Part shown: in pieces, positions 20,508 through 31,387 of the stretch
How the letters are laid out: every line of letters begins with the position of its first letter
How positions within the stretch are numbered: position 1 is the stretch's first letter
NCBI GenBank assembly: GCA_013696365.1
Contig: JACCYS010000337.1
Coordinates: 1 to 31,802, forward strand
Direction: 5' to 3'
Source of the DNA: Nocardioidaceae bacterium
GTDB taxonomy: Bacteria; Actinomycetota; Actinomycetes; Propionibacteriales; Nocardioidaceae
DNA length: 31,802 nucleotides
The notes under the pieces: model-generated
The model's input: the letters and a program-made list of their open reading frames with translations, nothing else
Databases searched by the model: none
Told to the model about the DNA's origin: nothing
Made by a program: the position numbers and the translations under genes

Positions 20508-22525
20508 GCGGCCCAGCACCCGAGGACGAGCCGGAGCCGGTCCAGGTGCCGGACCGCTCCGCCCATGACGTCGGCGCCTTTGACCTCGGCGACTTTGACC
20601 TTGGCTCGCTGGCACGCGAAGGGTTGTGGGAGCCGCAGGAGCAGGTGAACACAGCCGAGGCAGGCCAGCATGAGGGCCTTGGGCGGGTGCGCCTGCACTT
20701 CACTCCGGCGGACAAGTCGTATGCGGTGCCCCCAGGCGTGACCGTCTTTGACGCCGCCAGTTGGAACGGCATCGCCATCGACTCGACCTGCGGCGGGCAC
20801 GGCACCTGCAAGAAGTGCAAGGTGCAGGTGACCGGCGGCGAGGTGCCCGCGAGCCGGCTCGACGAGCGGGCATTCAACCCGGAGCAGCTGGCGACGGGGT
20901 GGCGACTGGCCTGCCGGGTCACAGCCACCACCGACCTGAGCGTCGACGTGCCGCCACTAGCGACCCGGCCGAAGGCTGCCACCGTCGGTGTGGGCCGCCA
21001 GGTCATCTTGCGTCCAGCGGTGCAGAAGCGCTTCGTGCGGCTTGACGAGCCGACCCTGCACGACCAGCGACCGGACCTGCGGCGGCTCACCGATGCCGTC
21101 GACGACCTCGCGCTGCGGCCAACCCTGCACGTGTTGCGCCGTCTGCCCCGCGTGCTGCGTGAGTCCGATTTCGCGCTCACGGCCGTGGTGGTCGACGACC
21201 TGCTGATCGACGTCGAGCCCGGTGACACCACCGCGACCCGGCACGCCATCGCGTTCGACCTCGGGACGACCACCGTGGTGGCAACGCTGCTCGACCTCGG
21301 CACCGGCACACCGGTCGCAGTCGCCTCGATGCTGAACGCTCAGCAGCCCTTTGGCGCGGACGTCATCACCCGGATCTCAGCGACCATGCTTGACCCGACA
21401 GCCCTGGATCGTATGCGGGAGCTGGCCATCCAGACGCTCAACACCCTCGTCGGTGAGGTGTGCGACGAGGCCGGCATCGAGCGCAGCAGCGTCTACGAGC
21501 TGGCGGTCGCAGGCAACGCCACGATGACCGCGCTGCTGCTCGGGGTCGACCCCGAGGCGTTGGGAGTGGCGCCGTTCGTGATGACCGCCGACCACTTCAC
21601 GTCGCTGACCGCCGCCGATATCGGCATCGGCGTACACCCGGTCGCGCCGGTGCAAGTCTTCCCGGCCCTTGGCGCCTACGTCGGGGGCGACATCGTCGCC
21701 GGCATGCTCGCCTCGGGGATGGATCGGGACAAGCGGCTGCGGTTGTTCATCGACGTCGGCACCAACTGCGAGATCGTGCTCGCCGACGGCGAGACCATCG
21801 TGGCCACCGCGGCACCAGCCGGGCCGGCCTTCGAGGGAGGTGCCATCCGCTGCGGCATGCGGGCCGCATCCGGTGCCATCGAGGTGGTGCAGATCGGCAC
21901 CGACACCGTCTCGGTGCAGGTGATCAGTTCCGGCGCCGACACCACAGTCGCGCCGGTCGGCCTGTGTGGCTCTGGGCTCGTGGACGCCGTCGCCGAGCTG
22001 GTGCGGGTCGGACTGCTGGACCGCACCGGCCGCTTCGTGGCCGACGGCGACGCCGCCGTGGCGCACCCGCAGCTCGCCGACCGACTGACTCGGGTGGGTG
22101 AAGAGCGAGTGTTCGTGCTTGCCTGGCTGGGCGACGAAGGGGACGTGTCCGACTCGGTGTACGTCTCCCAGCGTGACGTTCGCGAGCTGCAGTTTGCCAA
22201 GGCGGCCATCGCTACCGGCTGGTCACTGCTGTGCGCCGAGCTCGAGGTCGACCCCCGCGACGTGCAGCAGGTGTTGCTCGCCGGCTCATTCGGCTCGTAC
22301 CTGTCTCCTGGCAACGCGGTGCGGATCGGCCTGGTGCCCGAGCTGCCCGTGCTGCGCATCGTCAGCGCTGGCAACGTCGCCGGCGAAGGCGCCAAGATGA
22401 GTCTGCTCAGCATGCCTGAGCGCGCTGGGGCGGCCACCTTGCTCAAAGAGGTGCGGTATCTCGAGCTGTCGGATCGAGCCGACTTCAACGACAGGTTCAT
22501 CGACCAGCTGTCCTTTCCAGGCTGA
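20504..22525 (+). CDS. Reductive activator of corrinoid proteins (RACo/RamA-like; [2Fe-2S] plus ASKHA ATPase), 673 aa
   Basis: CGGHGTCKKC...RLAC ferredoxin motif; AFDLGTTT, FIDVGTNCE, APAGPAFEGG, GLCGSG, LAGSFG, GNVAGEGA. Confidence 0.9.
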   Translation: MSGPAPEDEPEPVQVPDRSAHDVGAFDLGDFDLGSLAREGLWEPQEQVNTAEAGQHEGLGRVRLHFTPADKSYAVPPGVTVFDAASWNGIAIDSTCGGHGTCKKCKVQVTGGEVPASRLDERAFNPEQLATGWRLACRVTATTDLSVDVPPLATRPKAATVGVGRQVILRPAVQKRFVRLDEPTLHDQRPDLRRLTDAVDDLALRPTLHVLRRLPRVLRESDFALTAVVVDDLLIDVEPGDTTATRHAIAFDLGTTTVVATLLDLGTGTPVAVASMLNAQQPFGADVITRISATMLDPTALDRMRELAIQTLNTLVGEVCDEAGIERSSVYELAVAGNATMTALLLGVDPEALGVAPFVMTADHFTSLTAADIGIGVHPVAPVQVFPALGAYVGGDIVAGMLASGMDRDKRLRLFIDVGTNCEIVLADGETIVATAAPAGPAFEGGAIRCGMRAASGAIEVVQIGTDTVSVQVISSGADTTVAPVGLCGSGLVDAVAELVRVGLLDRTGRFVADGDAAVAHPQLADRLTRVGEERVFVLAWLGDEGDVSDSVYVSQRDVRELQFAKAAIATGWSLLCAELEVDPRDVQQVLLAGSFGSYLSPGNAVRIGLVPELPVLRIVSAGNVAGEGAKMSLLSMPERAGAATLLKEVRYLELSDRADFNDRFIDQLSFPG

Positions 22526-22543
22526 CCGGCCCGACCGGCCAAC

Positions 22544-23395
22544 TCAGCGGACCGGCACCGGCCCCAACAGCCGCTGGCGCCACCGTTCGGTCTCGGCAAC
22601 CTGGTTGAAGGTGAACAGGTGCAGCCCGGCGACCCCCGTCACCGGGTCGTTGAACAGGTCGGCAGTGCGGCTGAGCAGCCGCTCCGGGCTGAAGCCACCC
22701 GGTGCCGCGATCCGCGCGAAGATGGAGGCGTTCTTGGCCAGGAATCTGGTGGACTCCCCCACCCCGATCTTGGTCGCCATCGCCAGCAGCTTGGTGCGCT
22801 CCACCGGTCCAGGCACTCCCATCAGCACGGGCAGGTTGATGCCGCGGGCACGCATGCGCCGCACCCAGGTGCGCAGCTCGACGGGATCGAAGCAGAGGTT
22901 CCCCACCACATACGTGGCGTGCGCACGCTTGTCCCACATCGCCTGGATGGCCAGGTCGTCGGAGATGGACGGGTGGCTTTCGGGGTACCCGGTGATCCCG
23001 ACCTGTGCGAACGGGCGTCCGAGCTCGGTGAGGTCGCGGATCAGCTCAAGCGAGCCGTGATAGTCCCCGGCCGGCGGATCCGCGTCCCCGGCTGGGACGA
23101 ACACATTGCTGACTCCGAACCCGACGAGCCGCGCGGCCAGGTCAGCCAGGTGCTCGCGGTCACGCACCATCCTCGCCGCCACATGCGGCACCACCTGATA
23201 GCCGTGGGAGGCGAGCCGCTCGGCACAGTCGAGGGTCGCGTCCAGTCCCTTGCCAGCCGAGGCCGTCACCGTCAGCGTGGTGCCAAGCGGCACCGACTCC
23301 AGCACTGCGGCCTCAATGCTTGCTGTCGGCAGCACCTCATACCGGGCAGCCGTGAGCGCGGCACGAAGCCCCGCAGATCGCACTGTGCTTGCCAT
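22544..23395 (-). CDS. metF: Methylenetetrahydrofolate reductase family protein, 283 aa
   Basis: RYEVLP, VPHVAAR, VFVPAGD, GITGYPESHP, LHLFTFN. Confidence 0.87.
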   Translation of the reverse strand: MASTVRSAGLRAALTAARYEVLPTASIEAAVLESVPLGTTLTVTASAGKGLDATLDCAERLASHGYQVVPHVAARMVRDREHLADLAARLVGFGVSNVFVPAGDADPPAGDYHGSLELIRDLTELGRPFAQVGITGYPESHPSISDDLAIQAMWDKRAHATYVVGNLCFDPVELRTWVRRMRARGINLPVLMGVPGPVERTKLLAMATKIGVGESTRFLAKNASIFARIAAPGGFSPERLLSRTADLFNDPVTGVAGLHLFTFNQVAETERWRQRLLGPVPVR

Positions 23396-23517
23396 GGGGC
23401 TCTACTCGTTTCTACTACTGCGCCTGCTGTGTCGAGCGAGCGTACGGTCCCGACGACCCTCCCGACAAGACTTCGTGCAACACAGACTGCGTGGCGAAAA
23501 ACAGTCAGCCAGCGAGG

Positions 23518-24813
23518 TCAGGTGGGCTGGTCGGTGTGCCGCTCCAACAGCACCGACACCATGAGGACGCCAAGCCCACCTGCGGCCAGGGCTGCGCCGA
23601 CCCAGCTCGGTGCGAGCAGGCCTAACCCGGCGCCAATCACCAGGCCGCCAAGCCAGGCACCCAAGGCGTTGGCCGCATTCAGCGAGGCGTGGTTGAGCGC
23701 GGCCCCGAGGGTCCGCGCGTCGCCGGCGACGTCCATCAACCGCATCTGCAGGCAGGTGACCAGCACCGAACCGTTGAAGGCGATCACGAAGACGCCCACG
23801 GTGATGCCGATCGCGGTCTGAGCCAATACAGTCAGACCTGCCAGCAGCAGCACCATCAGGGAAAGGCTGGCAACCAGCGACGGCACCAGCGCCCGATCCG
23901 CGGCCCGGCCGCCAGCCACCGTACCTAGCACGCCACCGACTCCGAAGGCCAGCAGAATCAGCGGAATGCTGCCGGCAGACATTCCGGTGACATCGGTGAT
24001 CAGCGGGGCGATGTAGCTGTACATCGAGAACATGCCGCCGAAACCGATCATGCCGACGAGCACCGTCAGCCACACCTGCGGGCGGCGCAGCGCACTGAGC
24101 TCGCGGCGCACGGACGCCGCGCTGCTGCCCGGGGCTGACGGCACCAGCATGGCCGTCGCCAGCACGCACAGCACCGCGATCGCCGATACGGTCCAGTAGG
24201 CACTGCGCCAGCCCACCGCCTGGCCCAGCCAGGTCGCTGCGGGCACCCCCACCACGTTGGCCGCCGCCAAGCCGAGCATCACGCTGCTGACCGCCTGGCC
24301 GCGGCGCTCCGGCAGCACCAGGGAGGCAGCGAGCAGGGACGCCACCCCGAAGTACGCCCCGTGCGGCAACCCGGCCAGCAGCCGAGCAGCGGTCACCCCG
24401 ACCGGGCCGGGGGCCACCGCGGTCAACACGTTGGCGGCGGCGGAAAAGAGCATCAGCACGCCCAGCAGCCGTCGGCGGGGCATCCGCGCGCCCGCGGCGG
24501 CGATGACCGGGGCACCGAGGACCACCCCGACCGCGTACGCCGAGATCAGATAGCCACCTTGCGGGATACTGACCCCCAGACCGTCGGCGATGTCCGGCAG
24601 CAAGCCCATCGTGACGAACTCGGAGGTTCCGATGGCGAAGCTGCCGATCGCCATCGCGAAGATGGCGAGGACCGCCCGGCGGCGCGGCGGCACGTCAACG
24701 TCCGGGCCGGCGAAGACCGTCGCGCGGGCGCGGGTCAACGGGCGCAGCACGGGAGGAGCCACGCGGGGAGTCACGCGGGGAGTCACAGGGCGAGTCGGCA
24801 CATCAGCGCGCAA
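23518..24813 (-). CDS. MFS transporter (DHA1/Cmx-like); start uncertain
   Basis: FAIGTSEFVTMGLLP, ISAYAVGV, ARLLAGLPHGAYFG, ANVVGVP, FNA-like SLNAANALGAWLGG; about 12 hydrophobic segments. Confidence 0.88.
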   Translation of the reverse strand: MRADVPTRPVTPRVTPRVAPPVLRPLTRARATVFAGPDVDVPPRRRAVLAIFAMAIGSFAIGTSEFVTMGLLPDIADGLGVSIPQGGYLISAYAVGVVLGAPVIAAAGARMPRRRLLGVLMLFSAAANVLTAVAPGPVGVTAARLLAGLPHGAYFGVASLLAASLVLPERRGQAVSSVMLGLAAANVVGVPAATWLGQAVGWRSAYWTVSAIAVLCVLATAMLVPSAPGSSAASVRRELSALRRPQVWLTVLVGMIGFGGMFSMYSYIAPLITDVTGMSAGSIPLILLAFGVGGVLGTVAGGRAADRALVPSLVASLSLMVLLLAGLTVLAQTAIGITVGVFVIAFNGSVLVTCLQMRLMDVAGDARTLGAALNHASLNAANALGAWLGGLVIGAGLGLLAPSWVGAALAAGGLGVLMVSVLLERHTDQPT

Positions 24814-24864
24814 CGACCCGCCTGGGCTTCGCTGTTCCCAGCTGGGACGGAGTTCACCTGCTTG

Positions 24865-25391
24865 TCACACGGGCCACGCCTGCTTAGCCTCTCCGTCCCA
24901 CCGTCGACAGCTGACCGCCGTGCTGGCGCACTCGATCGATCCGTCCAACACGGTGAGCGCGGTGGCCACCTGCTCTGCGCTGAGCCGGTGGGCAAGCGTC
25001 ACGTGTGGCGTCCACCGGCCCGGCGACAGGTTGCCGATGACCTCCGGGTCGTCGGGGTCGGGGCCGAGGGCGGCAGCGACCCGTGCATGCAGTTCGAGCA
25101 GTCGAACATCGCCGACCACCAGCCGGACGAGCACGAAGCGCCGGCGGCCGAAGCAGCACAACGCTCCGAGGCGAATGGGCAGCGGCAGTCCGTCCGCAGC
25201 CGCACTCAGCGCTGACTCACCGGCCGGATCGATGCTGCCGCGAACGGCGACGGTGACGTGCAGCGCGTTGGAACGGACCCCGCATGACGTGCCTGGCTGG
25301 GGAGGCCGAACGCAGCCAGCAACGCCCACTGCCCGCGAACGACGGCGTCGGTGGCCGCGTCGTCCAGCAGCAGCTCGACGGACTGGACCAC
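24865..25391 (-). pseudogene. 2'-5' RNA ligase/2H phosphoesterase family gene with one frameshift
   Basis: MVQSVELLLD...PSQARHAG in one frame; SNALHVTV...WTPHVTL...RRWDG in another; both HxT motifs present. Shift near 25270-85. Confidence 0.75.
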
Positions 25392-25404
25392 TGTGCGCCT
25401 GTGG

Positions 25405-26622
25405 TCAGGCCAGCCGGGCGCTCAGGTTGTCGTCCAGCGCGGCGAGGAACTCCTCGGTGGACAAGAATTCCTGGTCCCCGCCCACCAGCAGCGCGAGATC
25501 CTTGGTCATCTTGCCGCTCTCCACGGTCGTGACCACCACGTCCTCGAGGGTCTCGGCGAAGCCGGTCAGCTCGGGGGTCTGGTCGAGCTTGCCCCGGTGT
25601 GCGAGGCCTCGCGTCCAGGCGTAGATCGACGCGATCGGGTTGGTTGAGGTCGGCTTGCCCGCCTGGTGCTGCCGGAAGTGCCTTGTCACCGTGCCGTGCG
25701 CTGCCTCGGCCTCCACCGTCTGCCCGTCCGGGGTCATCAGCACTGACGTCATCAGGCCCAGCGACCCGAAGCCTTGGGCGACCGTGTCGGACTGCACGTC
25801 ACCGTCGTAGTTCTTGCACGCCCAGACGTAGCCGCCCTCCCACTTCATCGCCGCGGCCACCATGTCGTCGATCAGCCGGTGCTCGTAGGTGAGCCCCTTG
25901 GCCTCGAAGTCTGCCTTGAACTCTGCCTCGAAGACCTGCTCGAAGATGTCCTTGAAGGCCCCGTCATAGGCCTTCAAGATCGTGTTCTTGGTGGATAGGT
26001 AGACGGGGTACTCCCGCTGCAGCCCGTAGGCGAAAGACGCGCGCGCGAAGTCGGCGATCGACTCGTTGAAGTTGTACATGCCCATCACCACGCCACCGTC
26101 GTCTGGCATCTGCACAACCTCGTGTTCAATCGGGTCGGAGCCGTCGGTTGGGGTGTAGGTGATGGTGACCGTGCCGGGGCCGGGCACCTTGAAGTTGGTG
26201 GCCTTGTACTGGTCGCCGTGCGCGTGTCGGCCGACGATGATCGGCTTGGTCCAGCCGGGCACCAGCCGTGGGATGTTGGAGATCACGATCGGCTCGCGGA
26301 AGATCACCCCGTCGAGAATGTTGCGGATCGTGCCGTTGGGCGACAGCCACATCTGCTTGAGGTCGAACTCCTCGACCCTGGCCCCGTCGGGGGTGATGGT
26401 GGCGCACTTGACGCCCACCCCGTGCTGCTTGATCGCGTTGGCCGCGTCGACGGTCACCTGGTCGTCGGTTGAGTCCCGGCTTTCGATGCCGAGGTCGTAG
26501 TAGGCCAGGTCGACGTCCAGGTAGGGGTGGATCAGGCGTTCCTTGATGAACTGCCAGATGATCCGTGTCATCTCGTCACCGTCGAGCTCGACGACCGGGT
26601 TCTGCACCGTGATCTTCGCCAT
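25405..26622 (-). CDS. icd: NADP-dependent isocitrate dehydrogenase, 405 aa
   Basis: [67 protein letters not shown]. Confidence 0.96.
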   Translation of the reverse strand: MAKITVQNPVVELDGDEMTRIIWQFIKERLIHPYLDVDLAYYDLGIESRDSTDDQVTVDAANAIKQHGVGVKCATITPDGARVEEFDLKQMWLSPNGTIRNILDGVIFREPIVISNIPRLVPGWTKPIIVGRHAHGDQYKATNFKVPGPGTVTITYTPTDGSDPIEHEVVQMPDDGGVVMGMYNFNESIADFARASFAYGLQREYPVYLSTKNTILKAYDGAFKDIFEQVFEAEFKADFEAKGLTYEHRLIDDMVAAAMKWEGGYVWACKNYDGDVQSDTVAQGFGSLGLMTSVLMTPDGQTVEAEAAHGTVTRHFRQHQAGKPTSTNPIASIYAWTRGLAHRGKLDQTPELTGFAETLEDVVVTTVESGKMTKDLALLVGGDQEFLSTEEFLAALDDNLSARLA

Positions 26623-26693
26623 GGCGGCGACGATATCTGCCGTCGTCCGTCGAGGAGACAGCGGTTGGGGCCGTACGAGTCGGCACCCGAGCC

Positions 26694-27836
26694 TCACCGC
26701 TGTCCACTGCGCAGCACCCACCGCACGATAATCGCCGCGACCCCGGCCGCCGCCACCCGGCGCAGCACGGCGGCCAGATGCCACGGGGTCGACGCCGGCC
26801 GCTCGGCCGCCACCGTCGTCGGTCCGCCACCTGCCGGGAGGTGCCGGCCACGCACGGTCGGCGGGCCGGTGAGCGCCGTCGGCGGCCGGCGCGGCTCGTA
26901 GGCACCGACCTCCTCGGCCTCGCCGAGCGCCTCCTCCCGCAGCTCCGGCAGGACCCGTCGAGCCGGGACACTCGTCGCCGCCCACGCCGCACCGAGCAGC
27001 GTCACCCGGGAGAACAGGTTGATCCAGATCACCAACACGACCACCGTGCCGATCACCGCCGCCGCCGGGCGGCCCGTCGCGATGGTGATGAGGGTCGTGG
27101 CCACCAGCTTGAGCAGCTCGAATGCCAACGCGGCAACCAATGCCCCCTGCAGCAGGGCGCGGCGCGGCAGGTCCGGCTGTGGCAGCAGGCGGTACATGAC
27201 GAAGAACAGCAGGGTGCTGGCGGCCACACCCAACGCGACGCCGACCGCTCGCAGCAGCAGCTGATAGCCGGGCAGAGCGTCGACACCGACCGCGTCGAGA
27301 ACCGCGTCGGTGACCGTCGTCACGACCGCCGACAGTGACACCGACGTCACCAGCACGACACCCAACAGCACGAGCACGGCGAAGTCGCGGACCTTGCCCA
27401 TCAGCAAGCCGGGCATCCCCTCCAGCGGCAAGGTGAACTCCAGCTGCAACGTCGTACGCAGCGATCCCACCCAGTTGAGGCCGGTGTAGAGCAGCGCAAC
27501 CGACCCGAGCACCGACGCGGCCCCCGCGGCATCGCGAAAGTCGGCGACGTCGAACATCGCCTGTCGGCCGGTGAACAGGCCCGGGAATACCGAGACGAGC
27601 GCGTCGGTGACCTCGCCGGTCGCCACCTGGCTGCCACCGGTGACGAAACCGACGACGGCGAAGCCGATCACCAGCAACGGAAAGACTGACAAGAACCCGA
27701 AGTAGGTGATCGACCCCGCCAAGACGTTGCCTTGGGTGTCGGCGTAGTGGGTGACCGTCCGCACGGCATGGTCAAGCAGGCGGGACCGCTCGCGGCTGCG
27801 GGCGCCGACCGTTCGCGCCCGCTCGACCAGCTTCAC
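26694..27836 (-). CDS. YihY/BrkB family membrane protein, ~380 aa; start uncertain
   Basis: [71 protein letters not shown]. Confidence 0.85.
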   Translation of the reverse strand: MKLVERARTVGARSRERSRLLDHAVRTVTHYADTQGNVLAGSITYFGFLSVFPLLVIGFAVVGFVTGGSQVATGEVTDALVSVFPGLFTGRQAMFDVADFRDAAGAASVLGSVALLYTGLNWVGSLRTTLQLEFTLPLEGMPGLLMGKVRDFAVLVLLGVVLVTSVSLSAVVTTVTDAVLDAVGVDALPGYQLLLRAVGVALGVAASTLLFFVMYRLLPQPDLPRRALLQGALVAALAFELLKLVATTLITIATGRPAAAVIGTVVVLVIWINLFSRVTLLGAAWAATSVPARRVLPELREEALGEAEEVGAYEPRRPPTALTGPPTVRGRHLPAGGGPTTVAAERPASTPWHLAAVLRRVAAAGVAAIIVRWVLRSGQR

Positions 27837-27944
27837 GGCCGCGACGGCCTGTTGGGTGCGACAGCGGTCGAGACCACGCCCTGACGATAGCCAGGATGGC
27901 CGCGCTGCTAGCGTCGGGCCGCCGCGTCGTAGGAGTGTGAGTGA

Positions 27945-28946
<1,002 letters not shown>

Positions 28947-28958
28947 CAGGCGCGTCGC

Positions 28959-29264
28959 TCACATCCCCGGCTGGTCGGGGACCAGCACCGCGAGAACCAC
29001 AATCGTGGCACCCAGCGCGATCATCACCAGCACGTCCGACCCGGTGCGCCGTATGTGCAGCAGCCCGGTGTGCCGCTCGGGCAGCACGATCCTGGCGAGC
29101 GAGGCCAGTACTACCGCCGAGCCTACGATCGTCAAACCGACCCGCCACTGGTCCACCGCGACGATCACCAGGCCGAGGAAAGTCACGGCCAAGGTGAGCA
29201 CGACGACGAGCGAACCGTACGGACGCCCGGCCGGTCCCGGCCGAGATATGCCGGGTCGTGGCAT
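28959..29264 (-). CDS. DUF3017-like small membrane protein, 101 aa
   Basis: Three hydrophobic segments with [17 protein letters not shown]; position between folD and mdh; TGATG overlap with folD. Confidence 0.78.
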   Translation of the reverse strand: MPRPGISRPGPAGRPYGSLVVVLTLAVTFLGLVIVAVDQWRVGLTIVGSAVVLASLARIVLPERHTGLLHIRRTGSDVLVMIALGATIVVLAVLVPDQPGM

Positions 29265-30118
29265 CAGCCGCCAGCCTGCTGTTCGGCGGCCTCGACGACA
29301 TTGGTGAGCAGCAGCGCACGGGTCATGGGGCCGACACCCCCAGGGTTGGGCGACACCCAAGCAGCCACCTCGGCGACGTCGTCGGCAACATCACCGACGA
29401 TGCCGCCCTGCACCCGGCTCACGCCGACGTCGAGCACGGCGGCGCCGGGTTTGACCATCTCAGCGGACACGATGCCCGCCACGCCGGCAGCAGCGACCAC
29501 GATGTCGGCGCGACGCACCTCAGCGTGCAGGTCCTGGGTGCCGGTATGGCACAGCGTCACCGTCGCGTTCTCACTGCGGCGGGTGAGCAGCAGGCCCAGC
29601 GAACGGCCGACGGTGATTCCCCGGCCGATCACGGTCACGTTGGCCCCTGCGATGGGCACGTCGTGGCGGCGAAGCAGCTCGATGACGCCACGCGGGGTGC
29701 ACGGCAGCGGGGCAGGCTTGCCGAGCACCAACCAGCCGAGGTTGGTGGGATGCAGACCGTCCGCGTCCTTGACCGGGTCGATCCGTGCGAGCACCGCGTT
29801 CTCGTCCCTGCCCTTCGGCAACGGCAGTTGCACGATGTAGCCGGTGCAAGCCGGGTCGGCGTTCAGCCCATCGACCTCGCGCTCGATCTGCTCCTGGGTG
29901 GCATCAGCAGCCAGGTCAACTCGGATCGACTCGATGCCGACCTCGGCACAGTCTCGGTGCTTGCCGCCGACATACCAGCGGCTGCCGGGGTCGTCGCCGA
30001 CCAGCACGGTGCCTAGACCCGGCACGACTCCGCGGTCCCGCAGTGCGGCGACCCTGCGCTTGAGGTCAGCCTTGATGGCTGCCGCGGCTGCCTTGCCGTC
30101 GAGGATCTGCGCTGTCAC
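29264..30118 (-). CDS. folD: Bifunctional methylene-THF dehydrogenase/methenyl-THF cyclohydrolase, 284 aa
   Basis: GTG start MTAQILDGK; [41 protein letters not shown]. Confidence 0.96.
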   Translation of the reverse strand: MTAQILDGKAAAAAIKADLKRRVAALRDRGVVPGLGTVLVGDDPGSRWYVGGKHRDCAEVGIESIRVDLAADATQEQIEREVDGLNADPACTGYIVQLPLPKGRDENAVLARIDPVKDADGLHPTNLGWLVLGKPAPLPCTPRGVIELLRRHDVPIAGANVTVIGRGITVGRSLGLLLTRRSENATVTLCHTGTQDLHAEVRRADIVVAAAGVAGIVSAEMVKPGAAVLDVGVSRVQGGIVGDVADDVAEVAAWVSPNPGGVGPMTRALLLTNVVEAAEQQAGG

Positions 30119-30192
30119 GGTCGCCGAGTCTGCCACGGCGGGACACCGGTGGATCACACCCGCCGCCGCTGCCTCCGCCATTCGCCCCCGAC

Positions 30193-30280
30193 CGAGTGGC
30201 GCAAATCGGCCAGACTGCCCGCGTGAGTGGCGCAATACGTGCGTGAATCGGGCGGCGTACGGGGCTTCTTGCGCCACTCG
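30193..30280. repeat. REP/REPIN-like inverted-repeat unit, left
   Basis: GAGTGGCGCAA at 30194 and 30225; inverted TTGCGCCACTCG at 30269-80. Confidence 0.85.
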
Positions 30281-30342
30281 ACCGGGCGGAGCCCAGGCTG
30301 GCACCGGCGGGCGGCGCCAGGGTCGACGCCAGTAATCAACAG

Positions 30343-30351
30343 TTGTCCACA
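30343..30351 (+). promoter_or_regulatory. DnaA-box consensus match TTGTCCACA
   Basis: Exact match to TT(A/G)TCCACA in the folD/nuclease-like gene spacer; single copy. Confidence 0.4.
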
Positions 30352-30439
30352 GGGGCGGCTGCAGCGGCCACCACCGGGGCCAACCTCGACCCACACTCAG
30401 CCCGTGGATCGGCAGGCAAGCGCTCGTACCCATCCCAAT

Positions 30440-31387
30440 ATGAGCGGCAGGCGGCGACGTAGCCGCGACTGGGAGTCACCTGCACACGGACTGCATGCGC
30501 CCGCTGGCAGCGTGCAGGAGATCCCGGCGCTGGCACGGGCAGTCAGCACGGTGCTGCCCGCAACCGCGGCGTTCACCCACCTCACTGGGGCAGCCCTTCG
30601 CGGCTGGGCATTGCCCGACCGGGTCCAGACCGATGTGCCCATCATTGTCAGCAACGGCGCACCGACTCCGCATCTCAACCGCCGCGGGGTCTACGTTCGC
30701 CGGTGTCACCTCGAGCCACTCGACGTCGAGGTTGTCGATGGCATCGCCGTGGCGTCTGCTGCGCAGATCCTGCGCGAGCTTGCAGAGGACTTGGCGTTGC
30801 TCGACTTGGTGGTGGCCATCGACTCGGCGCAGCACCTTGGTGACCTGTCGACCGAGGCGCTGGCGACTCTGATACGTCCGCATCGCCGCGGGTCGGTCCG
30901 GTTGATGCGGGCGCTGGCATTGGCTGACTGGCGCAGCGAGTCCGGGTGGGAGACGCTGCTCAGGCTCGTGCACGTGCTGTCTGGGCTGACTGCGGTCGAG
31001 CCGCAGCGCGTGCTAACCGATGCGTGGGGCACACCGATCACCCGGGCGGACCTGTGGCTGGTGGGTACGAACCGCCTGCACGAGTACGACGGCGCCCACC
31101 ATCTTCTCCCGCATCAACAGCGGGAAGACCGTCGGCGGGACAACGAACTGTTGCGGGCCCGCTATGACCGACGCGGCTACACGCGGCCAGACATCACCCT
31201 GCACGCTGCCCGGATCGTGCGCGATGCCGAGGATGCCTTCGGCCTGCCACACGATCCCCGGCGGGTGCAGGGGTGGCTGCGGGAGTATCGGAGGTCGAGC
31301 CACTCCGCGTCCGGGCAACGGGCCCTGCTCGAGCGACTGCATCGCTATCGCCGCCCGGTGCCGCCTCGGTCGACTCGCACCCGCTGA
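30440..31387 (+). CDS. AbiEi-like/DUF559 (Vsr/PD-(D/E)xK-fold) family protein, 315 aa
   Basis: [35 protein letters not shown]...HEYDGAHH...DRRRDNEL pattern of this widespread actinobacterial family; ATG 30440. Confidence 0.7.
   Translation: MSGRRRRSRDWESPAHGLHAPAGSVQEIPALARAVSTVLPATAAFTHLTGAALRGWALPDRVQTDVPIIVSNGAPTPHLNRRGVYVRRCHLEPLDVEVVDGIAVASAAQILRELAEDLALLDLVVAIDSAQHLGDLSTEALATLIRPHRRGSVRLMRALALADWRSESGWETLLRLVHVLSGLTAVEPQRVLTDAWGTPITRADLWLVGTNRLHEYDGAHHLLPHQQREDRRRDNELLRARYDRRGYTRPDITLHAARIVRDAEDAFGLPHDPRRVQGWLREYRRSSHSASGQRALLERLHRYRRPVPPRSTRTR

Noticed and set aside
23396-23517. Possible SAM, SAH or cobalamin riboswitch or IclR site upstream of metF
   Set aside because: No riboswitch core motif recognisable by eye, and only one GCAAC half site (23477-81). 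An Rfam/Infernal scan would settle it.
24760-24786. 12-bp tandem CACGCGGGGAGT at the MFS 5' end
   Set aside because: In-frame (VTPR x2) in a poorly defined N-terminus; no functional consequence evident.
30380-30439. SOS box or PafBC/RecA-NDp promoter before the nuclease-fold gene
   Set aside because: Neither TCGAAC-N4-GTTCGA nor TGTCGG-N10-TANNNT is present.
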